From positions 404,612,001-404,676,000 of the forward strand of contig OZ024740.1 of NCBI GenBank assembly GCA_964016885.1: a DNA stretch of 64,000 bases. The letters are read 5' to 3'. The notes beneath the pieces are model-generated. The model saw nothing but the letters and a program-made list of their open reading frames with translations. It had not been told where the DNA came from and did not search any database. Shown one piece after another: positions 39,448 to 52,182 of this stretch. This DNA is from Eledone cirrhosa. Its lineage: Eukaryota. Both the position numbers and the translations under genes were made by a program. Every line of letters starts with the position of its first letter. Positions within the stretch are counted from its first letter, which is position 1.

Positions 39448-40668
39448 GTTTGTAGGAAAGAAAATAAGGCGCCGGTCCCTTCCGGGAAATGGCCATGCTC
39501 AGTGTGTAGGAAAGGCGTAGGTAGAAACTCCATTTTATGTCCCAAATGCAAAATATGGGTGCATAAAAGATGTAGTGGGATCACAGGTAAGCTAACTAAG
39601 AACATAGATTTTACATGTGGCCGGTGCTCTGGTGCAATAAGTAGCAGCAAGTGCCCACAAAATACTAGCTCTTTCAATTGCGCAGAGGGTTCTATAGAAA
39701 TAGTGGACAGCTTCAGTTACCTGGGTGATAAAATCAGCAGTGGGGGAGGGTGCTCTGAAAGTACAGTAGCTAGAGTCAGAACTGGGTGGAAAAAGTTCAG
39801 AGAGCTTATACCACTATTAGCCGCTAAAGGGTTCTCCCTAAAAATGAAAGGCAGGTTGTACGATGCCTGCATACGAACAGCAATGTTGCATGGCAGTGAG
39901 ACCTGGGCATTGTGTGCAGAGGATATACACAGACTAGAGAGAAACGAAGCTTGCATGCTCCGCTGGATGTGTAATAGTAATATACGCGAACGGCAAAGCA
40001 TAAACGAACTAAGGGAAAAATTAGAAATAAGAGGGATCAGATGTTGTTTACTCGAGAGAAGGCTACGTTGGTATGGTCACGTGATGCGCATGAAAGACGA
40101 CAGCTGTATAAAAAAGTGCAGAGCAATAAAGATAGACGGTAGCCACGGAGTAGGCAGACCCAGAAAAACCTGGGACGACCTGATAAATTCCGACCTCACA
40201 CACTTACACCTCTCCAAGACAATGTCACTGGACCGAGATCTTCGGCGGTACTCAGTAATAGAGAAGACCCGCCTTACCTAAATACATAGTAAAACCTACT
40301 ACAGTCAGTAGGCATCTCTAACAAAATACACACCCGTCCCACCACCCCCGTCCCATCCACACCGCCCCTTTCAATGTAAAGTTATGTCGGTGCCACAACA
40401 TCCAGGCCGAAACAAATGAGATCGTGTAGGTGTCACGACAAAAAAACACACAGTCCACGCTGTAATGTGGCCGTGTAGGCAACAAGGTAAAAACCTCCCA
40501 GTCCCACACTGTAAATGTGGTTGGTGTTAGGAAGGGCATCCAGCTGTAGAAAACCCGCCAGACAGTCCTATGCGAGCAAGACAACCACTCTTGCCTCAAG
40601 TGGGAAAACTCCCGTCCAAACCCATGCAAGCGTGGAATATGGACGTTAAACGATGATGATGATGATGA
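39448..40668 (+). mobile_element. RTE-type LINE subfamily A, 5'-truncated, reading frame still open
   Basis: ORF 39433-40281 runs from the PHD finger to the natural stop (KTRLT*); 3'UTR and tail present. Confidence 0.95.
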
Positions 40669-41619
40669 TATATATACACATAGATGAGCATGACAGGCTC
40701 TCTAGTGTTGGTAATCTACATGATAAATGCATCAGTAAAAGCTGTAAAGTCGTTGGTGATAGGAAGCGCATCCAGCCATAGAAAGCTTGCCAAACATGAC
40801 AACCTCTCTTGTGCTGGTGCACTCAGTAGAACATGAGATCATATGTAAGCGAGATGCAGACCCCCGGCCTGTCTAGGTCAGTAGCCCTGCTTCAGTACTG
40901 ATTTGGTCATCCAACCCTTACAAGCAACGAAATTCAATGTTAAATGATGATATATACAATGCATTTCTACACTGTTTCCATCTACCAATTTCACAAGACA
41001 TTAGTTAGCTTAAGGCTATCATAGGAGACACTTCTGAGCCCCATGAAAGGCTTCATTCTCATCATAGGGTTGTTATTTTATGGCCAAATGCCCTTCCATG
41101 TGCCAACCCTTTTAGTTACCTCTTTCAAGAAGCAGGAATAGTGTGTGCCTATTCTAAACTGGATATACACTAAGATACTCATCTAGTTATATTAAAGGAT
41201 TTGAAGTGTTGATGCTAGCTTTGAACTGATCTCTTTTAACTTGTACATTGTAATAAACACTTTACTCATACATTTGCATTTTTTCTTTGTAAAAATACTA
41301 CTGGTAAGCGAAGTAAAATTTAGCTTATCAAAGTAACTGGCAACGCTAGGGCTGGTCAAAGCAAGATATTGGTATCATTCTATAGATTATTAATTCATGT
41401 GTGCAGATAATCTGCATACTTATTGTGGCTATTGTGTACTGAATAACAAATGCTGTAAACTGATAAAAGGGGTAGCATGATCTATCCAAAACATCATCTA
41501 ATCAACATCCTAATAAAATGGATGTGAATAGTGTGGTGGCAAGTAAAATTAAAACATGACATCTTCACCTCCCAAGTCCTAACACTTCCCTCTCCACCTA
41601 CATCCTAACACCCCACCCC

Positions 41620-42040
41620 TCACTCACGTCCCCCACTCAAGATCTACCTCTCCAATCCCCATGCACCTCCCCTACCCAAGACCACATTGTAAAGTAGTCA
41701 TGTTGGTGTCACAACAAAAAGTGCCCAGTTCACACTAAAGTGGTTGTTTAGGTGTCACAACAAAAAGTGCCCAGTTCACATTGTAAAGTGGTTGTTTAGG
41801 TGTCACAACAAAAAGTGCCGTCCACACTGTAAAGCGGTCATTTTGGTGGATTAATAAAAAGCACCCACTACACACTGTAAATGTGGTTGGTGTTAGAAAG
41901 GGCATCCAACCATAAAAACCAAACCAAAGTCAGTTCTGTATGAGCCATACAATGTCACCTGATCTGACTTGTCTCACAAATGGAACAATTCGTCTAACCT
42001 ATGCTTGTGTGGAAAAATGGATATTAAATGGTGATGATGA
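41620..42040 (+). mobile_element. Diverged LINE 3'UTR with about five ~47-bp units
   Basis: CACA(C/T)TGTAAAGTGGTTGTTTAGGTGTCACAACAAAAAGTGCCCAG repeats, then the conserved tail. Confidence 0.8.
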
Positions 42041-42374
42041 CATCTATGATGTGTTTCATCAATTTACTTCTAAGTTCCATTCACATCTAGGATGCTTTAT
42101 CTATATATATAAAACTGATGTCTGTGTGTGTCCCCTCATTTTTGCAAAGTCTATACAAATCCACATTTCTACTCCGATTGACTTCAAACTTGCATTTATA
42201 TATTCCTTGCGGTCTAAAGATATTAACTGCAGCTTTTATTTTTCAATTTTCTGTTGTTAAAGGGGTGTTAGGCGCCGGTTATCCATCTCCGTCGAGCCCT
42301 TATAATATCTGTCTGTGTGTCTGCATAACGACATTATGATGAACACGTCATTGCTGACGTATTATCTTCGCTAC

Positions 42375-42507
42375 ATTCACATACACACACACACATCTAC
42401 TTAGATATACATATGTATATACACATATATACATATACATACACATATACATATTTATATCTATATATATATATATACAAAAGTTTAAGCAAAGAATCGT
42501 TGCTTAT

Positions 42508-42563
<56 letters not shown>

Positions 42564-42886
42564 GATGTGTGTGTGTTTGTCTGTACCCACAGAACTTCTA
42601 CAGTCTGCAACCGATTTTCTTCCAATTTGGAACAAACATGCGTTATGTTCCCAGGAGTGTTTTGGACTCATAAAAGTTTCAAGCTTTTGTTAATGCGGGC
42701 CCTAGATAAATATTGGTTGGCTGGTTGCACGAAAACTACACACACACACACACACACACATATACATCTAAAGAGAGAAAGGGAGATGTAGAGAGAGAGA
42801 GAGAGAGAGTGAGATAGGCCGTTATACAGAGAGAGGTACAAGATATTCAGATAGAGAGAGAGAGAATGGCGACGAACGCTGGTTTT

Positions 42887-42928
<42 letters not shown>

Positions 42929-43275
42929 AAGACAGAGAGAGAGGGGGAGAGAAATCTGCGCATTCTTTATTGTTCTCCATTCTGTAGAGGAAGAGAGAGA
43001 GAGAGGGGGTATGAGTGAGAGAGAGAGCGAGAGAAAGAGAGAGGGTATGAGAAAAAAGGGAGAGGGGGGTTGAGAAAGAAAGAAAGAGAGTGAGGAACTT
43101 TAACTTTTATTTATTTATCTATTCTTTACACACTGTTCAACTCTCCCCTTTCCTCAACCTAACGTCTCTTTCTCTCTTTCACAGAAGACGTACTGTGACT
43201 GTGTGTGTTATATATATTTATGTCCGCACACACACACAAAAAGACGCATCTCTCTCTCTCTAGATATATATATAT
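42375..43275. repeat. Microsatellite cluster (TA, CA, GA) with probable Helitron-like 5' fragments
   Basis: Long (TA)n at 42510-42556 plus (CA)n and (GA)n runs; TCTATATATATAAAACTGATGTCTGTG at 42100 resembles the 5' end of the element at 63617. Confidence 0.75.
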
Positions 43276-43601
43276 CATTTCATCATATGTCCGCTTTTTC
43301 CCTGCTTGCAAGAGTGGGACGGGAACTGATTCTGGCTTGATTTCTACAGTTGGATGCCCTTCTTAACACCAACCTCATTTACAGTGAGTGCTGGGTGCTT
43401 TTTTGCCGTGGCACCTCCACGACCACTTTGCAGTGGAATGATATGGACCCCAGTCCCTATCATCTCATTTCTACAGCTGAGTAAACTGGAGCAATGTGAA
43501 ATAAAGTGTCTTGCTCAAGGAAACAACACATCACCTGGTCTGAGAATTGAACTCACAACCTTTTGATTGCAAGGCCAATGCTCTAACCACTAAGCCATGT
43601 G
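43275..43601 (-). mobile_element. SINE family 2, second copy
   Basis: Near-identical to 38263-38603. Confidence 0.88.
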
Positions 43602-44559
43602 TTATAAGAACAGATTAAAGTTTAAGCAAAGAATCGCTGCTTTCAACGTTAACGGGATCTTCTGAAACTAAAAAATTCAATCTGTGAACGCAGAAGTAAA
43701 TATTTCAAAGGAAAACAGGAAAACGATATTTTGGTTCGTGAAGACGTTCCCTGGCAATGAACGGAAAAAAAGCGAGGATAATACGTTGTTATGTGGACCG
43801 AGAAGAACAATTTCATGCAAAGACAAGACCAAGTTTATGGTATAAATGGAGTCGTTAGAAATAACCGAATGATTTCCAGCTCCAGAGATTAAGAATGATG
43901 TAAATAAAATTGTAAACGAAAATGACAGAGGTTATTAAAATAGTAAAAGTAAATAGTGAAGATTTAGTACATATGCGCCGACGGACATACACATACATAC
44001 GCACATACAAATACATACACACACACAAACGCGTGTGCGTGTAAACCTTATGCATTTCTACAGTATTTTCACCAAACTTAAGACATAGGTTACTTATGTA
44101 CTCCGAATGGTCATGGGCACTTTCATTTTTCCAGATATTGATTATAGGGCCTCCCGGCAGATAACCCTCTTTAACTGCTTCCTTGGAGTCGACTGAAGCA
44201 TTGCAGTGCAATGCAACAAAACGTTAAAATCAGTCCCAAGTGCAGTGCTTATTATGGTTTCATTGGCATTAAGTGATTGAGATTAAGTTTTTTTTACAGT
44301 GAATATACTAGCTGACCTAGAAACTCAATAAAGAGCACCCTCAGAGAAACCATACAAATCAGCTTAATACCACATTTTCTTTATGTCCAGTAATCACACC
44401 CTTAAAATCCTGATCGTAAGCCTAACATCCTGATCGTAAGCCCAACACCCTAATCACCACGACACATCCATTCCCTAATAATATTATACTATTTTATCTA
44501 TATTTTTCCATTAATCATTAATAAAGTTACTGTAACTGAGATACTCGTCCTCTCAAGGA

Positions 44560-45228
44560 AGCCTGCGCAGTGCTCTACAAGTAAATGGAGTTCGACTCAA
44601 GCAGGTTCAAGTTCAAGTACCTTGGGACCGTGTTCACAACTGATGGAAAGCAGGAGGCTGAATTAAGTGCAAGAATTTCAGAAGTTGGTCCAGTAATGTG
44701 CCAGCTTCAGTATTCAGTAATCTGAAGAAGGAAGGTAGGTATAAAAGCCAAACTCATTATCTTCAATTTGGTATCGTGCCAACCCTTACCTATGATTATG
44801 AATCTTGGGTAATGACCATAAGAATACGATTGTGAATACAAGCAGTCGAAATGGGGTCTCTCCAAAGAGTCTTTGGAGTAACATTACTCAATAGAATGCA
44901 TAGCTTGGAGATCAAAGAGTCACTCCAGGTAGAGCTGCTACTTTTCCGAATTGAGAGATCACAGCTCCAATACTATGGCCATGTGGTTAGAATATCTCAG
45001 GAAAGAATCGTTGGACAGATTTTACAGGCAAAACGAACCAGCAGGAGACCCAGAGGTAGACCCCGAGCAAGATGGTTGGATAACATCCATGAACTTGGCT
45101 GGTCTTGCTTGGAGATCCAGCTGGATAAGTTGAAGATGGCTGCTTCTGACAGGACCCACTGGAAGGAGTGTTTGATCACTCTTCGCCAAACGACCCTCTC
45201 AGGAATAAGTGAGCAAAGAAGAAGATAA
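44560..45228 (+). mobile_element. Old RTE LINE 3' fragment (another family) with GAA tail
   Basis: FKYLGTVFTTDG...IERSQLQYYGHVVRI...RRPRGRPRARWLD. Confidence 0.8.
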
Positions 45229-47011
45229 ATATTCTTTCTCTTTCTGAACTATGCTATGCTTTTAATGGGTGTTAGCACATAATCATGCGTATTTTGCTTC
45301 CATACATGTAAATTCCGACAGAATGATATAAATTAAGCAAATCTAGGTAACAGGTGTGATTGATTCAAAAGAATATTAATCTATATTCTACTATATATAA
45401 TCCTGAAGCTAACCACCATATACACATACACACAAAATTTATTTTACTTAAATCTACTTATTATATGAATTTAGAGAAGCGATTAATCAGAGCCAGAAAA
45501 TACATCATCCACCAACAGTTGGACCCACAATGGAATATTGCTACCATATCTGGAACAGTGCTGCTGCTGTACACAGATACCCAGAAGAAAACCACCCAAC
45601 AACTGTCATGGAGTCGCTCACTAATACACTTCAACCTCCAGCCAAAAGACATGCTATCTTCTCACTCTTCTTTCTACGGCTATAACAATGGTCTGTGTTC
45701 TTCAGTGGTATTGTGCCACCTACACCTAAGCAACTGTCCTTTTGTCACCCATATTATCTCTGGGCCCTGCACTAAGCTCTATGCCAAATCCTTCTTTCCT
45801 AAAACGTCAATCCACTGGAATTCTATACTTAACCATTATTCCACATACCCACCCTTGTTGTTGTCGACCTCACCAGTCAAAGGGACCTTAGGCCATGGGC
45901 ACAGCCCCTTCCTCAAAACCAGTATTTCCCAAAGTGGGTTCCATAAAATATAGTCTCCTTGGGTAATAATTTCAAATTAAAATTAAACAAATTCTGTTTA
46001 ATTTCACGTCCTAATATAATTTCGGTAGTGAATATTGTCTGTAAAATATAGGTATGGGTTCCATGATTTTGGAAAATAGTATAAGGGTCCGGCAATAAAA
46101 TAAACACTTTTTTATATTGATTTGTTCCCTTTCCAAATCATAAACATTACATAATTTCATTGGAATTTTTTAAATTTTGTAAATTATATCCTAAATAAAA
46201 TTATATATATATATATACACAATATTTCCCCGAATTCCTATTTCTTTCTACTTAATTTTTGATGTACCCTGAAAAAGGTACCCCAAAACAGGAAGAAATT
46301 AGGCAGGCTGGAGAGATTTTACATAATGAAAGCTATACCCATTTTCACAAGAGAAGACATTTCTTGTCCACCCCAAAGTGGGTGGTGATCTCCCGGGTGG
46401 GACGGGAATAGTTGTCAGGTCTTGTATTTGTCCAGAAGCGAGGATGGTGAATTGGTAGAGTCGTTATAGTGTCTTTACTTTCTGAGTTCAAATCCCTTTC
46501 ATCATACCGAGGTCGATAAAATAAAGTACCAGTTAAGCACTCGGGTCGATATAAACGACTTTCCCTTCCTCCACAAATCGCTGGTCTTGTGCCCAAATTA
46601 TTTGGCCTGCAGCAAAGTTGTATAATATTTTGTACTACAATAGTTACATCATACCATAGGTGTTTTATACATGTTTACATGCATTTAACTTAGGTGCATA
46701 CCTATATAGTATTAAGTTGTTAATTTAATCATCTGCACTGGGTTGTTGTTTACAGTCCGGTTGGTTTAAGTTCCAGTTATAAGATAATACATATAATTGA
46801 AATAGAAAGTGGACAGAAATGATTTTTTAATGATTAAATAAATCCACACTGTTAATGTATCCTTTTAAAATATTAATCTAATTTATCTACCAAATGTTAT
46901 TTTATTTATATTCATAACATTTGTTCGGTTAAGAAACAGGGAGTTCGATCAATTTCGTCTTTCCTCTTTAATTCTTGAATAAAGCAATAGTAACGATGAT
47001 GATAATAATAA

Positions 47012-47241
47012 TTGTTTCTATTTTTAGGCACAAGGCCAGCAATTACACAGTACATTACTGGTACTTTATTTTATCGACCCCGTAAGGATGAAAGGCAAAG
47101 TTAACCTCGGCGAATAATGGTTCCTGATTTAGGCACCAGACCAACAATTTGGGGGGAGGGGAATGTCGATTAAATCGGCCCAGTGCGTCACTGGTACTTT
47201 ATTTTACCGACCCCATAAGGATGAAAGGCAAAGCTAACCTG
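47012..47241 (-). mobile_element. Two tandem 5'-truncated SINE family 1 copies
   Basis: CTGGTACTTTATTTTA(T/C)CGACCCC(G/A)TAAGGATGAAAGGCAAAG occurs twice. Confidence 0.8.
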
Positions 47242-48389
47242 GTTATTTATATAAATTTAATTTTCTTTTAATTCTAATTCTTTTCAAATCTTTAATTTAA
47301 AATTTCTTCATTTTAATTGCAAGTAAATTACCGGTTAGATTTAGATCACATAAAAATATAATACTGATTGCAAGAATGGTTCTGCTTCATCTAAGTGTCA
47401 TTATATAATTGTTTCTAGAAAATATCTAATGGAAAGTTAACTTGGTACCGGTGATTTAGGTTGGTGTAATTAGTTATTGTCTTATAGAAAATAGTGTCCT
47501 TTTCTTTAACCTTAATATATATACGTAATAATACTAAATCGTTTTTGTTTCCCTCGTCATTTAAATTATATATATCACGCTCAGACGCTCAAAAACATTG
47601 GTTCCAAGGAGCTATATGTATCTGTGTCAATTTAACGGTTCCAGCCTAATATTGAATTGAAAATGATAACGGACTTCAAAAAGAAATTAATCAAACAATA
47701 AAAAAAAATACTTCAAGAATTTCTTAATATTTCCACGTTTAAGATTTACAAGGAATTCGGTTAAGAACCATTTCAGAGTATCTAACAGTTAAAATGGTTG
47801 ACGGTACGGTTCCTTTTCAAGAGGAAAACTTTCTACATTGTTGTTATATCATATAAACGAATACTGTTTAAAAATTAACTGTTTTGTTCATTTTATCAGA
47901 AGCGAGATAAAATATTAGAAAATAAGGGAAGAAATGTACCTACTTATCTTAAGAAAAATAAACCAAAAAACTTTAAGAACATTCCAAAACTTCGGTGAGT
48001 TCATAATGCAAATGATTAATTTACACTATTTAATAAACTTTTTTTTTTAAGTTAAAATATCAATCCAAAAAAGACGAGAAGTCAATTACATTTTTTTTAA
48101 TAAAAAATATTGTTTGGGTTTTCTAGTAACTTTCAATTAACAAACTTCAGACGGAGTATTATAAGCCAAATATCAATGAAATAACTAAAAAATGACAATG
48201 AAGTAACATCCCATCATATAGTCTCTTAATGAAAGTAATAAAAAGACAAAATTGTCAGGAATAAATTAGTATGAACAGAATTTTTTATTACAGGTGTCAG
48301 TTTCTTAAGAAAGCGCTGAAGAAAACTGAAGTAATGACGGCGAATCTAGAAACCTTATTTATTAAAAGACAAATTGCATATACATCTTT

Positions 48390-49040
48390 ACCTTTGTATA
48401 CAGCCGCGTTTCGATGTTAATTATAGTAAATAATTAAATGTTCTCCGATTTGGCAATCTGAGATGAATTGAATCACAAATGAATAGCTGATGATAACAAT
48501 CTACCGGCAAGTAGAAAAACGCGAGATATCAATAAAGCACTTAGATGACAATGATATTGTGAAGTGACAGTGTGTACACAATATTAATGACGTCACTGAT
48601 TTTGCTGTTATCCAGCGTCAGTCACACGTGTTGAGTTTTCCTTCTTATTTTATTTCCGATATTTTATCCTTAAAGTACAGACAAAAATATTATTCATCCA
48701 TCTATGTAAATTCTTTTTGTTTGTGTATTTTAACTGGAAATAAAGGCAATTTCAATAAATTATCGATTCGTTTTCCAATATATTAGAAAGCTAAATATTT
48801 TTTTTTTAAAACCCATTTATCATGAGTTCTAAAAATGTATAAATTATGTTAACGAAAACGTACTTTTAAAGAAAGAAATATCCCAAATGTTTACATTAGT
48901 GTCGACTGTTTGACATTCATAAACGTGGTCATTTCTGATTGGTTGACCGACACTGTAAGAACCTAATTTAAATTGTCACATATTTTAGGGTAACGCTTTT
49001 GCTATTTCGGCCGCTGCTACCATGAATTATTTGCATGACT
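48390..49040 (-). promoter_or_regulatory. Candidate DNAJC10 promoter and non-coding first exon
   Basis: Repeat-free, relatively CpG-retaining region with TGACGTCA (48588), CACGTG (48625), CCAAT on the minus strand (about 48938), ATTTGCAT (about 49029) and a minus-strand donor-like AAG|GTAAAG near 48391; motif evidence only. Confidence 0.35.
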
Positions 49041-49429
49041 CACAAATATAAGAAAATCGTTTATTTTATTTATTTATTTATTTCATATACAAGTAAATCA
49101 TACAATTTATTTTGTCATCAAAAGTATATAAGAATTTATTAGATGTATATCATTTTCCCCATTGAAAATTGATCTCTTCCGATCTGATTACATCTGTTTG
49201 TGGGCAGAATTGGCCTGCAGTATCAGTTTCGATGACACAGTTTGACAGTAAGCAAAACTTTGTTAGGTGTAGTGGCCTCAGCTTCTGCTTAACTTCAGGA
49301 TTCACCAGCTAATCTTTCCTCAATCATCTCCTACTATGCACACATTTATGTAATGTGGTGTGTGGACGCAAGATGGTGTGGGCTGTTTGGGTTGATGATG
49401 GCTTCAGTATTCAGCTTATCAATGTCAGG

Positions 49430-51396
49430 GAAGCATGTTTTGCAACGTGAGGACCAGAAACAGGAGGTGTTCAAGATTGCAAGGCAGTGTGTCAGAGAGA
49501 ATTGTGATGTCATTGGAGAGAAGTGTATCCGGAATGATAAAGGTGAGCTTCCCCTCACAAGTGCTGAGAAGAAAGATGTGTGGAAGAGCCATTATGATAG
49601 ATTACTAAATGAGGAGAATGCATGGGAAGAAGAGACCCTACCCCAAGTAGACCCTATAGAGGAGCCAGCAGTACAAATCAGCAGCAGCGTAGTAAGTAAG
49701 GCAATCAAAGATATGAAGACTGGGAAAGCAACCAGTCCATCGGGTATAGCTGCCGAGATGCTGAAGGCATCTGGGTCGGTAGGTCACACCATAACCACAC
49801 GAATTGTTAACCAGGTAATACTAGGTGTCATACCAAAGGATTGGTGCAGTAGCATCATTGTCAACTGCTACAAAGGTAAAGGTGATGCACTAGATAGAAG
49901 AAACTATAGAGGTATAAAGCTGATGGACCAGGTCATGAAAGTAGCAGAAAGAGTTATAGCACAGTTGATTAGGGACTGGGTGAAACTAGACAAGATACAA
50001 TTTGGGTTTGTACCAGAAAGAGGCACCACTGATGTCCTCTTCCTTGTGATGCAGTTACAGGAAAAGTAGCTAGTTAAAAGTAAGCCGCTCTACCTGGCAT
50101 TCGTCGATCTCGAGAAAGCCTTTGACAGAGTTCCCCGTGCTATAATCTGGTGGTCTCTTAGAAAACCAGGAGTAGATGAAATTCCAAACTTGGAGAAGAA
50201 ATGAGAAGAAATTCCAAACTTGGAAGCAGGGACTAGAGAGAAAGGGTCTCAGGGTCAACCTGACAAAGACTAAGGTCCTTGTAAGTAGATGAGAAAACAG
50301 AACCCAGATCCCCTCAGGGAAATGGCCTTGCTCAGTATGTAGGAAAGGTGTAGGTAGGAACTCCATTCTCTGCCTCAAATGCAAACAATGGGTACCCGAG
50401 ATGTAGCGGGATCTCAAGAAGCTTAACTAAGAATGTAGGCTTCAGGAAGCAAGTACCACCAAACTCTGGGAGGGCTCTGTAGAAACAGTAGACAGCTTCT
50501 GCTACCTAGGTGACCGAATTAGCAGCGGAGGTGGGCGTTCGGAAAGTACAATAACTAGGGTAAGAACGGGATGGAAGAAGTTCAGGGAGCTACTGCCACT
50601 GCTAGCTGCAAAAGGCTTTTCCCTCAAAATGAAAGGCAGACTGTATGATGCGTGTATACGAACAGCAATGTTAGATGGTAGTGAAACCTGGGTGCTGTCT
50701 TTGGAAGACTTGCGTAGATTAGAAAGAAACAAAGCCTGCATGCTCCGATGGATGTGTAATAGTAATATATGCGAACGGCAAAGCATAAATGAATTGAGAG
50801 AGACACTGAGCATAAAAGGAATCAAATGCTGTGTGCAGGAGAGGCGGTTGCGTTGGTATGGACATGTGATGCGTATGAAGGATGACAGTTGGATAAAAAG
50901 GTGCAGAGCACTAGAAGTCGATGGAAACCGTGGAGTGGGGAGACCCAAGAAGACCTGGGATGAGGTGATAAAAGCCGACCTTACCCAATTACACCTCTCA
51001 AAGGCGAAGGCACACGACCGTGACCTCTGGCGTCACGCAGTAATACAGAAGACCCGAACCCCCACGGGTACAAGCCAAAGCTGAAGCATATAGACAATAT
51101 GCCCCCACACCCTCCCACCACAAAGTGGTCATGGAGGTGCCATGGCAAAAAAGCACCCAGCCCACACTGTAAGGTGGGCGTGTAGGCGCCACGAAAAAAA
51201 AGCACCCAGCACTCACTGTAAATGAGGTTGGTGTTAGGAAGGGCATCCAGCTGTAGAAATGAGGCCAGAATGAGTTCCCGTATGAGCAAGGCATGGTCAG
51301 CCGATTGGACACTGCCAACAACAGGACAACCCATCTAACCCATGCTAGCGTGAAAGGACGGACGTAAAACAGTGATGATGATGATGATGATGATGA
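49430..51396 (+). mobile_element. RTE-type LINE subfamily B, 5'-truncated with internal deletions
   Basis: ORFs 49353-50069 and 50629-51084; FVDLEKAFDRV present; the QG-YADD segment is deleted near 50180; partial PHD; (GAT)n tail. Confidence 0.93.
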
Positions 51397-52006
51397 CTTC
51401 GACCAGCACAGGGATCAAATCTTCCTTCAACCAATACCATCTTGCTTGCTGTACAACTGCCTTGAAACCAAACAACAATACATGGCTCAGTGTATAACAA
51501 GCACACTTCTCAACAACAAATGCCCATCCATGCATCTTGGCCTCTGCATGTGCGAACCACATAAATGCTATTAAGGAACTACTGATAACATGCACCCACT
51601 ACACTCTGTAAAGTGGTATTGCTGGTCCCATGGTAAAATGCATCCAGTACACACTGTGAAGTGGTAGTGATGGTGCCATGATAAAATGCACCTAGTCCAC
51701 TCTGTAAGGTAGTTAGCATTGGGAAGGACATCTGGCTGTAGAAATCATACCAAAAATGGAACATGAGCAAGTTGTTCTCCTGTCTAGTCTCAGACTGTGA
51801 CAACCATGCCAGCACAAATGATAATGATGTCTATAACAATAACTATACCAATACTAATATAACTAATTCCTTAGGATTATTGATTTTTACATTTGATTGC
51901 ACTGGATGGAAACAACTATAAAGGTGACCATTTCATAGATAATCAATAAATCCAATAAAAAATTATAAAATCTTATATCAGTGTTCAATAATAATAATAA
52001 TAATAA

Positions 52007-52182
52007 TTGTTTCTACTTTTGGCACAAGGCCAGCAATTATCCCAGTGCATTACTGGTACTTTATTTTATCGACCCCGTAAGAATGAAAGGCAAAGTTAAC
52101 CTTGATGGGATTTGAACTCTGAACGTAAAGGGTCGTAACTCTATGTTTCAAAGCATGTCTGACCCTCTAATGATACTGCCAA
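52007..52182 (-). mobile_element. SINE family 1 copy flanked by (AAT)n
   Basis: Matches 37066-37252. Confidence 0.85.

Noticed and set aside
45360-45953. 197-aa ORF as a host gene
   Set aside because: No ATG-led gene context or recognisable domain; parts (YAKSFFPKTSIHWNS) look like a decayed CR1/L2-type LINE C-terminus
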